A stretch of DNA of 64,000 nucleotides. It comes from Desulfobulbaceae bacterium. GTDB lineage: Bacteria > Desulfobacterota > Desulfobulbia > Desulfobulbales > SURF-16. Each line of letters begins with the position of its first letter. Within the stretch, counting starts at the first letter, position 1. The notes below the pieces were generated by a model. It was not told the origin of the DNA. It was given only the letters and a program-made list of their open reading frames with translations, and ran no database searches. This document shows positions 1-8,748 of the stretch, in pieces. The translations under genes and the position numbers were made by a program. The stretch lies in contig PKTX01000008.1 of the NCBI GenBank assembly GCA_002868945.1, positions 48,474 through 112,473 on the forward strand. Reading direction: 5' to 3'.

Positions 1-118
1 GCGATCCAGCCCGCTCCTGCCTCTTCCCTGTCTTTTTGGTGTACGGTAGGTTGCGGCTTGCTCTGTGCTAATGATTATCACTTGAAATTTATATGTCGAG
101 GCCGGTTGTCGACCTACC

Positions 119-1726
119 ATGCGCCAGTTAAAATATACAAATTGTTTCCTGGTATCAATCATTGGGCTTTACCTTCTGTTGACCATAATTTTCTGGCTCA
201 AGGAGCAGGAGGAAAGAAATCTGCTGAGCAGCCAGAAAATGGAACGCCTGGAGGGTGAATATCTGGTGGCCCTGAACGGCTACCGGATACTGGCCGATTT
301 TGTTTTTGATCACCTGATCAATACCCCCGCTGTTTTGGAAATCATGGCGGCCGCCCATGATAATCCCCAGGATCGATCGGCCTTGCGGCGCCGACTCTTG
401 CGCGATCTTTCCCCTTTTTACGGGCAACTTGCCACCCTGCACTTCCGGCAGCTCCATTTTCACCTGGCGGACAGCCGCAGTTTCCTGCGCTTTCATCGGC
501 CGGAAAAATTCGGCGACTCTCTGGTGGGTATCAGGGAAACGGTGGTGGCCGCCAATAGGGACAAGCAACGGATCAGGGCCTTTGAGGAGGGGCGTATTAT
601 CAACGGCTACCGTTTTGTCTATCCGCTCTTTCAAGACGAGCGGCATGTGGGCTCGGTTGAGATCAGTATCAGTTTCGCCGCCCTGATTGCCGAACTCTCC
701 CGGCTCTTCGGCAAGCATTATCATTTTCTCCTGGCCAGGGAGGTGGTGGAGGAAAAGGTTTTTGTCGATGAACGCCGCAACTACAGCCCCAGTCTGCTGT
801 CGCCCCGGCTCTTTCATGACCGGGAGGTTCAGGCCGATACCCTGGCGGGTACGGTTATGATCTCCGCCGAGAAGGCGCAGCAGTTGACCGGCAAGGTGGC
901 GCGCCGTTTTGCCGCCGAGATTGCCGATTGGCAACCGGTGGTCCTTGTGGAAAGGGAGGATGCCATGGCCTATGTCGTCTGTCTCCTGCCCATCACCAAT
1001 TTCAAGGGGGAGTCGGTGGCCTACCTCATCTCCTTTGAAGGGGACAGGGCTTCAGGCATCTTTGTCGGCAAGTTTGCCCTGATTTTTGTCCTTCTCACCC
1101 TGCTCTTTGCCGGCTTGCTGGCCTTTTTTCTGCACCTGGACCGAACCGGTCGCCGCCTTGAGACATTGTCCGCCACCGATTTTCTCACCGGTATTTATAA
1201 TCGGGGCAAGGGCTATGAGGTTCTCTGCCGGGAACACCAACGGGCCCTGCGCTATGGGAGCCGTTATTGCCTGATCATGTTTGATATCGATCATTTCAAG
1301 AGGATCAATGACAGCCATGGTCATCCGGTTGGTGACGATGTCCTGCGCCAGGTGGCAAAGCTGGTCAGGGGGGTCTCAAGAAAGAGCGATACCTTCTGCC
1401 GCTGGGGCGGCGAGGAGTTTCTCCTGTTGCTGCCGGAGACCTCCCTGGAAAAGGCCGTGCTCCTGGCCGACAAGATTCGTTGTCTCATTCACCAGTCGAG
1501 CTTTGACGGCGTCGCCCCGGTCACCATATCCCTGGGGGTCACGGAGTGCGTCGGCAATACCGTGCCGGTGGATGATGTCCTGTGGCGGGTGGATCAGGCC
1601 CTTTACCAGGCCAAGCAGAGCGGTCGCAATCGCGTCTGTCACCTGGCGGCGCCCACCACTGACAAGGGACAGGCCGCAGAGGGGGCCATGGCGCTCCCCG
1701 GCGCCGGCCGGCATGGGAAGGTCTAA
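119..1726 (+). CDS. Membrane diguanylate cyclase (Cache-like extracytoplasmic sensor + GGDEF)
   Basis: 535-aa ORF. It has an N-terminal TM helix and a sensor segment with the HFHLADSRSFLRFHRPEKFGD motif that recurs in three kinases of this window. A second TM follows, then a C-terminal GGDEF domain with the RWGGEEF active site and an RKSD (RxxD) I-site 5 aa upstream. Confidence 0.9.
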   Translation: MRQLKYTNCFLVSIIGLYLLLTIIFWLKEQEERNLLSSQKMERLEGEYLVALNGYRILADFVFDHLINTPAVLEIMAAAHDNPQDRSALRRRLLRDLSPFYGQLATLHFRQLHFHLADSRSFLRFHRPEKFGDSLVGIRETVVAANRDKQRIRAFEEGRIINGYRFVYPLFQDERHVGSVEISISFAALIAELSRLFGKHYHFLLAREVVEEKVFVDERRNYSPSLLSPRLFHDREVQADTLAGTVMISAEKAQQLTGKVARRFAAEIADWQPVVLVEREDAMAYVVCLLPITNFKGESVAYLISFEGDRASGIFVGKFALIFVLLTLLFAGLLAFFLHLDRTGRRLETLSATDFLTGIYNRGKGYEVLCREHQRALRYGSRYCLIMFDIDHFKRINDSHGHPVGDDVLRQVAKLVRGVSRKSDTFCRWGGEEFLLLLPETSLEKAVLLADKIRCLIHQSSFDGVAPVTISLGVTECVGNTVPVDDVLWRVDQALYQAKQSGRNRVCHLAAPTTDKGQAAEGAMALPGAGRHGKV

Positions 1727-1821
1727 AAAAAATAAGCAGAAAAAAACACCTGGGACGCTATTTGTCCGACCTCCTTGGCTATGCTGGTCATATACTTAAA
1801 TCGTCAGCCAAGGAGGACGTT

Positions 1822-2037
1822 ATGATCAGAAACATCACGGTTTATCTCGACACCCAGCAGTCCCACTTCCATGAGAGTATCCGCTGCGGTTTTATTGTGG
1901 CAGAGGATGATCGGGGTGAGGAAACCTTCCACAACGACGTGCTGGACAGCTCGGAGTATCACGCCATCGGCGAACTTGTCGATGATATTGTCGGCATCTT
2001 CAAAGTCCAGCGCCGGCGCGTGCTGGTGGCGGCCTGA
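1822..2037 (+). CDS. Hypothetical small protein (71 aa)
   Basis: The ATG at 1822 is preceded by a strong AAGGAGGA Shine-Dalgarno. No recognisable motif. The track ORF starts earlier at 1762 without an SD. Confidence 0.45.
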   Translation: MIRNITVYLDTQQSHFHESIRCGFIVAEDDRGEETFHNDVLDSSEYHAIGELVDDIVGIFKVQRRRVLVAA

Positions 2038-2102
2038 CAAGGGTGTGAGCTGAGGGGCTTTTTTGTGAGGCGGTTCGGGGATCTGCCGGCTATGGGTCGG
2101 TC

Positions 2103-5100
2103 TCAGTCGTCCTCTTTGCTGTCCGGGACGCAGAAGGGCCACTCCTTTTCCAGGGTGGCGACAAGCTTCAGGGCATCCTTGAACTGAAAGTTGTCCACCT
2201 GGTGGCAGAGTCTCTCCAGTCGCTCGTCGCCATAATGGGCCGGCAGCTTGGCCCGGAGGCTGGTCAAGGTCTCCGGCGCCCTGTAACTGTTGTGGCGGAG
2301 CTGCTCGACCAGATCGGCAAACAAGCCGGCTGCTTCGGGGCAGGGGGTGTTGTGCTTTTCGCTCTGCGAGGCCGCCGGCTCGGCTACTCTTTCCTCGATT
2401 TCATCAATGGCGGCGAACAGCTCCTCAAGGCTCGTGTCAAACAAGGCAAAGGCTGCGGCAAAGTCACCGCCCTTTTCAATGACCTGCTGGAGATCCCTGG
2501 CTGCCCCGGCCACCTGTATGGCGCTCAGGTTGGCGGCGGCACCGGCAATGGTATGGGCCAGGCGGCGGGCCTGGTCCGTATCGCCCTCATCGTATGCCGC
2601 ATGCAGGCGGATGGCCACATCCCGGTAATTTTCGGCAAAGAGGCCCAGCAGGGTGACCAGCAAAGGGACCTTGTTGTCCAGGCGCCTGAGGGCCCCGTTG
2701 ATATCAATGGCCTGTTGTCGGCAGGCGGTCAGCTTTTTGCGCTCCTCGCTTTCGTCATCCGAGCTGGTGGTTGGCGCGGCTGCGGTGCTCAACCCCTGGA
2801 TATGGCGAGCCAAAGTGGCAAAGAGGTGCTCCCGGTCAATGGGCTTACTGACGTAATCATCCATGCCGGCGGCCAGACATTTGTCACGATCCTCGCTAAA
2901 GGCCTGGGCGGTCATGGCAATAATGGGGATCCTTATCCGGCGCCCCTTTTCCAGTTCTCTGATTTGCCTGGTCGCCTCATAGCCGTCCAGGCCGGGCATC
3001 TGTATATCCATGAGGATAGCGGCAAAGCCAGGTCTGTTGCCGAGCAGGCTTTTTTGCACGGCATCAACCGCCTGGCGGCCGTTGGTGACCGCCTCAACCT
3101 CGAAACCGGCCTTGGTGAGTATGGTAACCGCCATCTCCCAGTTGATCGGATTGTCTTCGGCCAGCAGCAATCTGTGACCGGCGATTTCAGACCTAGATAC
3201 AGGGGCTGGCGCGGTCGGCCGGCCCGCCTCCCGGCTCTCCAGGTCCAGTGCCTCAAGGATGGCCTTTGCCAGGAGCGGCGCGGTCACGGGTTTGCTGACC
3301 ACGGCATTGACAAGACCCTTGGCCTCCCGGGCAAATTCCTGCGGATTCCAGCCGCTGAGGAGGATGATGGGCAGGTGGCCGTAGCGCTCATCCTCTCTGA
3401 TGCGCCGACTGGTTTCAATGCCATCCATCTCCGGCATCTGCCAGTCAATGAGCAGCAGGGTAAAGGGATCATCCAGCGGCGCCTCGGCCAGGGCGGCCAG
3501 GGCGGCCCGGCCGCTGTTGACCACGGTGGGGCGCAGGGAGAAAAAACGGAGCACATCGGCGGTAACCTGGCCGACACTGTCGTGGTCATCAGCCACCAGT
3601 ACCTTGGCATTGTGGAGTGTGGCCGGCAGGGCGAGTACCTTGGCCGAGGTGTTCTGTGGTATGCGGCAGGGGACGGTAAAGGAAAAGGTGCTGCCCTTGC
3701 CAGGCTCGCTCTCCACCTCCAGGTGGCCGCCCATCAGTTCCACCAGCTGTTTACAGATGGTAAGTCCCAGACCGGTGCCGCCATATTTGCGGCTGATGCT
3801 GGAGTCCGCCTGTTGGAAAGGTGAAAAGAGTTCGCTGATCTTTTCGCGGCTGATGCCGATGCCGCTGTCCTTGACGGCAAATTGCAGGGTGGCACCGTGG
3901 CTGGTATCAGCCACCTTTCTGATGCTGATCATGATTTCACCCTGTTCGGTAAACTTCAAGGCATTGCCGATCAGGTTAATGAGCACCTGGCTGAGGCGCA
4001 TGTCGTCGGCAATGAGATCGTGCGGCACCTCCCTGTCGATCTCAAAGAGCAGCTCCAGGTCCTTTTCCCAGACCCTGGTGTTGAACAGGCCGGCAAGATT
4101 GTCAATGAGGGTGTTGATGCTGAAGGAGCGCGGCGCCAGGCTCAGCTTGCCCGCCTCGATCTTCGAGTAGTCGAGAATGTCGTTGATGATGGAGAGCAGG
4201 GAGCTGCCGGCCTGATGGATCTTGCTGAAATAGTTTTTGGCCTCGGGTGGCATCTGCATATCCAGGCCCAGCTCGGACAGGCCAATGACCGCGTTGAGCG
4301 GTGTCCTGATTTCGTGGCTCATGTTGGCGACAAAATTACTCTTGGCGCGGTTGGCCTTTTCCGCCTCTTCCTTGGCTGCTTTCAGGTTGTCGAGGGTCTC
4401 TTTTTCGCGGGTAATGTCCTCCTTGATGGCGACGAAATGGCTGATTTCCCCGTCCTTGTCACGCAGCGGCGAAATCGAAGCCCGTTCCCAGTAGAGTGCA
4501 CCGTTCTTACGACGATTGGCAAACTCGCCATGCCATTCCTTGCCGGCCTTGATGTGCTCCCACATCTCCTGGTAATGTTCCGGAGATTGCTCACCCGATT
4601 TGAGGATGCGGGGATTGGCGCCCAGGGCCTCCTCCTTGCTGTACTGGCTGACCTCGCAGAACTTGGGGTTGACATACTCGATGGTGCCCTTTTTGTCGGT
4701 GATGATAATGGAGACAGGGCTCTGTTCCACGGCCAGCGACAGTTTGCGCAGATGTTCTTCCGCCTCCTTGCGGGCGCTGATGTCGCGCAGCAGGGCCACC
4801 CCCTGCCACTGGCTGTTGATCCGTACCGCGGTAAGGGAGAGTTCCACCGGGAATTCCTCGCCGTTTTTGCGTAAGCCCCTGACCTCGCGTGTCCTGCCGA
4901 CAAAGTCGCCGCGACCCGTTTTGCTGAACAGCGGAAAGTTCTCCTTGAAACGGTGGCGATAGGAGGCCGGCACGATGAGGTCATGCACCTGGCTACCCAT
5001 GACCTCGGCAGCCTTGTAACCGAAGATCTTTTCAGCCGACGGATTCCAGAAGGAGATGCGGCCGAGGTGGTCCATCATGACAATGGCCTCATAGGACGAG

Positions 5101-6266
5101 TTGGCAATGGCGGCATTCTTGGTGATCTCGCTCTCTTTCTCCAGACGGTTTTTACTGATAAGCCGGCAGCCGAAGGCCAGGATGACCAGGAGGATGGCGA
5201 TGAGCAGATAGGCGTATTCGATGTTTTCGTGAAAGATCTCCTTTTGCCGGGTCGAGGAGAGCTGCGAGACCAGCAGCCAGCGCATGGTGTCGAGATCTGC
5301 CTCGGGCGTGCTGAGATTATCCCTATCCATACTGTTGTAAAGGAGGTCGGCCTTGTGACGTCTGGGGTAGACGCTTTTAAAGATATAGAGCCCCCTGTCG
5401 TCTCTGTGGATGCCGTCGGCCTGCTCCTGCATGGCCTGCCATGCTGCCTGGTGTCTGCCGGCAAACAGGCCGGCATTACCATACATGAAGCCCCACTGGT
5501 CAGCTGCATCGGGCGCCTGGAGGTAATCGCCGTCCTGGTTGAGCAGGAGAAAATCAGCAGGGGAGTGGGCCGTGACCTTGCGCAGGTTGGCCAGCATGTG
5601 TTCGGCCAGGTAGTTTATGACAAGGTAGCCCTGCTGGCGACCGTGGCTGTCCCGGAGCAGGGCGACCAGGCGGATCATCGGCTTGCGGGGCAGGGAAATC
5701 CGCTTATGTTCGACGTTGAGATCAAGGGGGGAGATGTAGACATCGTTGGCGGCCAGGCGCTTGGCCTCCTGCAGGTAGTAGCGATTGCCTTTGGCTTGAA
5801 GCTCGGCGCGCGGCACTATGTGGCTTCTGTCATCTCTCCTGTTGACTCGGCTGATCTCCATGCCGTCAATGTCCATGAGACGTACCTGGTCGTAAAAGCG
5901 GGCGGCATTGCTCACCGCCAGCAGGGTCTGGTCAATCTGGTGGAGATCGGCTGTGGCGGGATCGGCGGCATAATCGACAATACCGGGGGCCTTGCCGAGA
6001 TACTCGATGTCGCGCAGGATGGTCTGGATATCGCGAAAAATCGTGGAGGAGGCGATTGCCAGGGTGGCCTCCTCCTTGTGGATGTGCTGGCGGATATGGA
6101 GTTCGATATCATGGCGGATGAGAAGAAAGGCAATGGTGATAAGGAGCAGGGCCAGGGGCACAAAGAGGCGCAAAAAGTGTTTGAGCAGGGAGAGGCCGGT
6201 CAGGCTGGCAGGCTCTGTTGCTGCGGGCAGCAGTGAAGGGGTCTCTCTGGGACTGGTCTGCGGCAC
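2103..6266 (-). CDS. Hybrid sensor histidine kinase (extracytoplasmic sensor, PAS x2, HisKA, HATPase, REC, REC, Hpt)
   Basis: 1387 aa. The GTG start lies 2 nt after the stop of the upstream HD-GYP regulator. Two TM helices flank an extracytoplasmic region of about 300 aa. H-box is MSHEIRTPLNAVIG; ATPase boxes are DSGIGI and GGTGLGLTI. There are two receiver domains (VLVADDH.., LLLAEDNPIN..) and a C-terminal Hpt (AHTIAGAAANL). Confidence 0.92.
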   Translation of the reverse strand: MPQTSPRETPSLLPAATEPASLTGLSLLKHFLRLFVPLALLLITIAFLLIRHDIELHIRQHIHKEEATLAIASSTIFRDIQTILRDIEYLGKAPGIVDYAADPATADLHQIDQTLLAVSNAARFYDQVRLMDIDGMEISRVNRRDDRSHIVPRAELQAKGNRYYLQEAKRLAANDVYISPLDLNVEHKRISLPRKPMIRLVALLRDSHGRQQGYLVINYLAEHMLANLRKVTAHSPADFLLLNQDGDYLQAPDAADQWGFMYGNAGLFAGRHQAAWQAMQEQADGIHRDDRGLYIFKSVYPRRHKADLLYNSMDRDNLSTPEADLDTMRWLLVSQLSSTRQKEIFHENIEYAYLLIAILLVILAFGCRLISKNRLEKESEITKNAAIANSSYEAIVMMDHLGRISFWNPSAEKIFGYKAAEVMGSQVHDLIVPASYRHRFKENFPLFSKTGRGDFVGRTREVRGLRKNGEEFPVELSLTAVRINSQWQGVALLRDISARKEAEEHLRKLSLAVEQSPVSIIITDKKGTIEYVNPKFCEVSQYSKEEALGANPRILKSGEQSPEHYQEMWEHIKAGKEWHGEFANRRKNGALYWERASISPLRDKDGEISHFVAIKEDITREKETLDNLKAAKEEAEKANRAKSNFVANMSHEIRTPLNAVIGLSELGLDMQMPPEAKNYFSKIHQAGSSLLSIINDILDYSKIEAGKLSLAPRSFSINTLIDNLAGLFNTRVWEKDLELLFEIDREVPHDLIADDMRLSQVLINLIGNALKFTEQGEIMISIRKVADTSHGATLQFAVKDSGIGISREKISELFSPFQQADSSISRKYGGTGLGLTICKQLVELMGGHLEVESEPGKGSTFSFTVPCRIPQNTSAKVLALPATLHNAKVLVADDHDSVGQVTADVLRFFSLRPTVVNSGRAALAALAEAPLDDPFTLLLIDWQMPEMDGIETSRRIREDERYGHLPIILLSGWNPQEFAREAKGLVNAVVSKPVTAPLLAKAILEALDLESREAGRPTAPAPVSRSEIAGHRLLLAEDNPINWEMAVTILTKAGFEVEAVTNGRQAVDAVQKSLLGNRPGFAAILMDIQMPGLDGYEATRQIRELEKGRRIRIPIIAMTAQAFSEDRDKCLAAGMDDYVSKPIDREHLFATLARHIQGLSTAAAPTTSSDDESEERKKLTACRQQAIDINGALRRLDNKVPLLVTLLGLFAENYRDVAIRLHAAYDEGDTDQARRLAHTIAGAAANLSAIQVAGAARDLQQVIEKGGDFAAAFALFDTSLEELFAAIDEIEERVAEPAASQSEKHNTPCPEAAGLFADLVEQLRHNSYRAPETLTSLRAKLPAHYGDERLERLCHQVDNFQFKDALKLVATLEKEWPFCVPDSKEDD

Positions 6267-6268
6267 GG

Positions 6269-7342
6269 TTAATCCCTATGTTGGTCGCCGATGGCCTGGA
6301 ACTGCCGTTCCAGGATCAGGAAGGCGGCGCAGATGGCCGGATCAAAATGAGAACCTTCTCCCCGGCGGATAATGGCCACGGCCTTGTCGTGGCTGAAGGC
6401 CTCCTTGTAGACCCGTTTGCTGATCAGGGCGTCATAGACATCGGCCAGGGCCATGAGACGGGCTGACAGGGGGATTTCCACGCCTTGCAGGCCTTGGGGA
6501 TAGCCGGAACCGTCCCATTTCTCATGGTGGCAGTAGGCGATTTCCTTGGCATAGCTTAAAAAGGTGTTTTGGGTGTCGGCGCCCAGCACCTGTTCGGCGG
6601 CAACCAGGGCATCGCGGCCATAGGTGGTGTGTTTTTTCATCTCCTCAAACTCCTCGGCCGTTAATTTGCCCGGTTTCAGGAGGATGCTGTCCGGCACCCC
6701 CACCTTGCCGATGTCGTGCAGGGGGGCGGATTTGTCGAGCAGATCAATGATTTCATCGTTGAATTGGTCGGCAAACTCTGTGGTGCCGGCCAGATGTTCG
6801 GCCAGGCTGCGCACATATTTTCTGGTGCGGGTGATGTGGGCGCCTGTTTCATTGTCCCGGGTCTCGGCCAGGACGGCCAGGCCATGGATGGTGGCGTCGC
6901 GGGCCAGGAGTACCTCTCTGGTGCGGAGCTCGACAAGCTCTTCCAGGTGGCGTGTCTGGTCATAGAGGGCCAGGTGGGTGCGGACCCGGGCCCGGACCAG
7001 GGGAGGACTCACCGGTTTGGAGATATAATCCACCGCCCCCAGTTCAAAGCCTTTTTTCTCGGAAGTGACATCGGACTTGGCAGTGACGAAGATAACCGGG
7101 ATATGGCGGGTGACGGAGTTTTCCTTCAGATGGCGGCAGACAGTGTAGCCGTCCATGCCCGGCATCATCACGTCAAGGAGGATGAGGTCGGGCAGGGGCT
7201 GCTGCCCGGCAAGGCGCAGGGCGTCTTGGCCGTTGGTGGCGACAATGAGCTCGTATTGATCGGCCAGGGCATCACCGAGGATGGTGATGTTCAGGGGGGT
7301 GTCGTCAACAATGAGGAGTCGCTGGGTACCGGTGGGGCTCAT
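6269..7342 (-). CDS. Response regulator with HD-GYP domain (RpfG-like c-di-GMP phosphodiesterase)
   Basis: N-terminal receiver (LLIVDDTPLN, DLILLDVMMPGMDG) and C-terminal HD-GYP motifs HDIGK and HHEKWDGSGYP. Confidence 0.92.
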   Translation of the reverse strand: MSPTGTQRLLIVDDTPLNITILGDALADQYELIVATNGQDALRLAGQQPLPDLILLDVMMPGMDGYTVCRHLKENSVTRHIPVIFVTAKSDVTSEKKGFELGAVDYISKPVSPPLVRARVRTHLALYDQTRHLEELVELRTREVLLARDATIHGLAVLAETRDNETGAHITRTRKYVRSLAEHLAGTTEFADQFNDEIIDLLDKSAPLHDIGKVGVPDSILLKPGKLTAEEFEEMKKHTTYGRDALVAAEQVLGADTQNTFLSYAKEIAYCHHEKWDGSGYPQGLQGVEIPLSARLMALADVYDALISKRVYKEAFSHDKAVAIIRRGEGSHFDPAICAAFLILERQFQAIGDQHRD

Positions 7343-7576
7343 TGGGCAGATGTTTCCTGTGACATTGAGATGCGCCGGCGCGTGTCAGCCGGGCAAGGTG
7401 CAATTTTTTTCTCCACCGGTTATTGTGCAGTAATTTAAGGTTTTAATAAAGAGATAATTTGATTACTTACTTCGGGTTGCCGCTCCGGGGCAGGCGCTTG
7501 CTTTCCTGGTGACCATCCGGGAGGCCGGGCGGGCGCCGAGGGGCTTTGTGGTCGGAAATTTGTCAAGGAGGGCGCT

Positions 7577-7999
7577 GTGACAATACGGATTTTGGTGGTT
7601 GATGACGACCCCGGAGTGCGCAAGGCCCTGAGCCGCGTCTTGCAGGGTGAGTCCTGGCAGGTCCAGACTGCGGCCGGCGGTCGAGAGGCCTTGGCTGTTT
7701 TGCAGGAGGGGTCGATGGATATCGTCATCTCCGACCAGAGAATGCCGGGCATGTCCGGTCTGGAGTTCCTGACCGCCGTCAGTCGCCGGTACCCTGACAC
7801 CATGCGCATTCTTCTCACCGGCCATGGCGATGCCAATCTGGTTCTGCAGGCCATTGCCGACGGCGCCATCTATCGATTTCTGACAAAACCGTGGGACAAT
7901 GACGAGCTGCTCACGGTAATCCGACATGCCCGGCAGGCACAAAAAAAGAAGGAAGGCAGCGACATTGTTATGATCTCAACAAGAAGGGAGAAGAGATGA
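7577..7999 (+). CDS. Single-domain CheY-like response regulator
   Basis: GTG start with an AAGGAGG SD. Receiver motifs are ILVVDDDPGV, DIVISDQRMPGMSG and LTKPW. The protein is 140 aa with no output domain. Confidence 0.85.
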   Translation: MTIRILVVDDDPGVRKALSRVLQGESWQVQTAAGGREALAVLQEGSMDIVISDQRMPGMSGLEFLTAVSRRYPDTMRILLTGHGDANLVLQAIADGAIYRFLTKPWDNDELLTVIRHARQAQKKKEGSDIVMISTRREKR

Positions 8000-8625
8000 C
8001 ACAGGCACGATTTGATGAGGCCGCGGCCAGCTGGGACGAGAAACCGCGGCGGCGGCAGCTGGCGGCAGCCATTGTCACGGCGATGCGCCGTGTTCTCCCC
8101 CTGTCTCGGGAGATGACAGCCCTGGAAATCGGCTGCGGCACCGGCCTGGTTACCTGTGATCTGGCCCCGCTGCTTAAAAGGATAGTGGCCACCGATACCT
8201 CGGCCGGCATGCTGGCCGTGCTGGCTGAAAAAACAGCAGCCCTGGGCTTGGAAAATGTCGAGCCGCGTCGCCATGACCTGATTGGTGACGGCGATCTGCC
8301 GGAGGGCACCTTTGACCTGATTTACAGTGCCATGACCCTGCACCACATTGAGGACACCCGGGCCCTGCTGGCCGCCTGTGGGCGCCATCTCAAGCCGGGC
8401 GCGCCCCTGGCCCTGGCCGACCTGGACAAGGAGGATGGCTCCTTCCATGACGATATGACCGGTGTGGCGCATTGCGGTTTTGATCAGGGACGGCTTGCCG
8501 AACTGGTGGTTGCCAGCGGTTTTCAGGCCCCCCGTTTTGTCACGGCGTATAGTATCACAAAAGAGGACGCCGCCGGTCGCAGCAGCGACTTTCCCGTTTT
8601 TCTGATGTACACCATCCGCTCTTAG
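7996..8625 (+). CDS. Class I SAM-dependent methyltransferase
   Basis: ATGA start/stop overlap with the preceding regulator. SAM motif I is LEIGCGTGLVT. 209 aa. Confidence 0.85.
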   Translation: MTQARFDEAAASWDEKPRRRQLAAAIVTAMRRVLPLSREMTALEIGCGTGLVTCDLAPLLKRIVATDTSAGMLAVLAEKTAALGLENVEPRRHDLIGDGDLPEGTFDLIYSAMTLHHIEDTRALLAACGRHLKPGAPLALADLDKEDGSFHDDMTGVAHCGFDQGRLAELVVASGFQAPRFVTAYSITKEDAAGRSSDFPVFLMYTIRS

Positions 8626-8748
8626 CCCAATTTGCCGGCAGCGCGCAGTTTTTTCAAGCTTTTTGCCGTGCCGGCATCAGCTTGCAAGATGCGAGGCTCA
8701 AGGTGCAAGGGGCAAAAGGGTAGAGACGAGGTGGCTGGTGCAGACCTG

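Noticed and set aside
58-258. 66-aa ORF overlapping the start of the diguanylate cyclase gene.
   Set aside because: It is in a different frame over a well-supported CDS, with no SD and no motif.
2202-3824. Long ORFs antisense to clear genes. The set is 2202-3824, 4953-6236, 10913-12910, 29007-30428, 31008-32366, 32640-34037, 45079-46146, 51092-52243, 53353-54606 and 61415-62359, plus many shorter ones.
   Set aside because: Each lies opposite a CDS with unambiguous domain motifs. The translations are Gly/Ala/Arg/Leu/His-rich and free of motifs, as expected for shadow ORFs in GC-rich DNA.
8655-8684. Nested hairpin CAAGCTTTTTGCCG-TGC-CGGCATCAGCTTG between the convergent methyltransferase and 8749-10056 genes, as an intrinsic terminator.
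   Set aside because: The stem is stable but no U-run follows it on either strand, so I did not call it a terminator.
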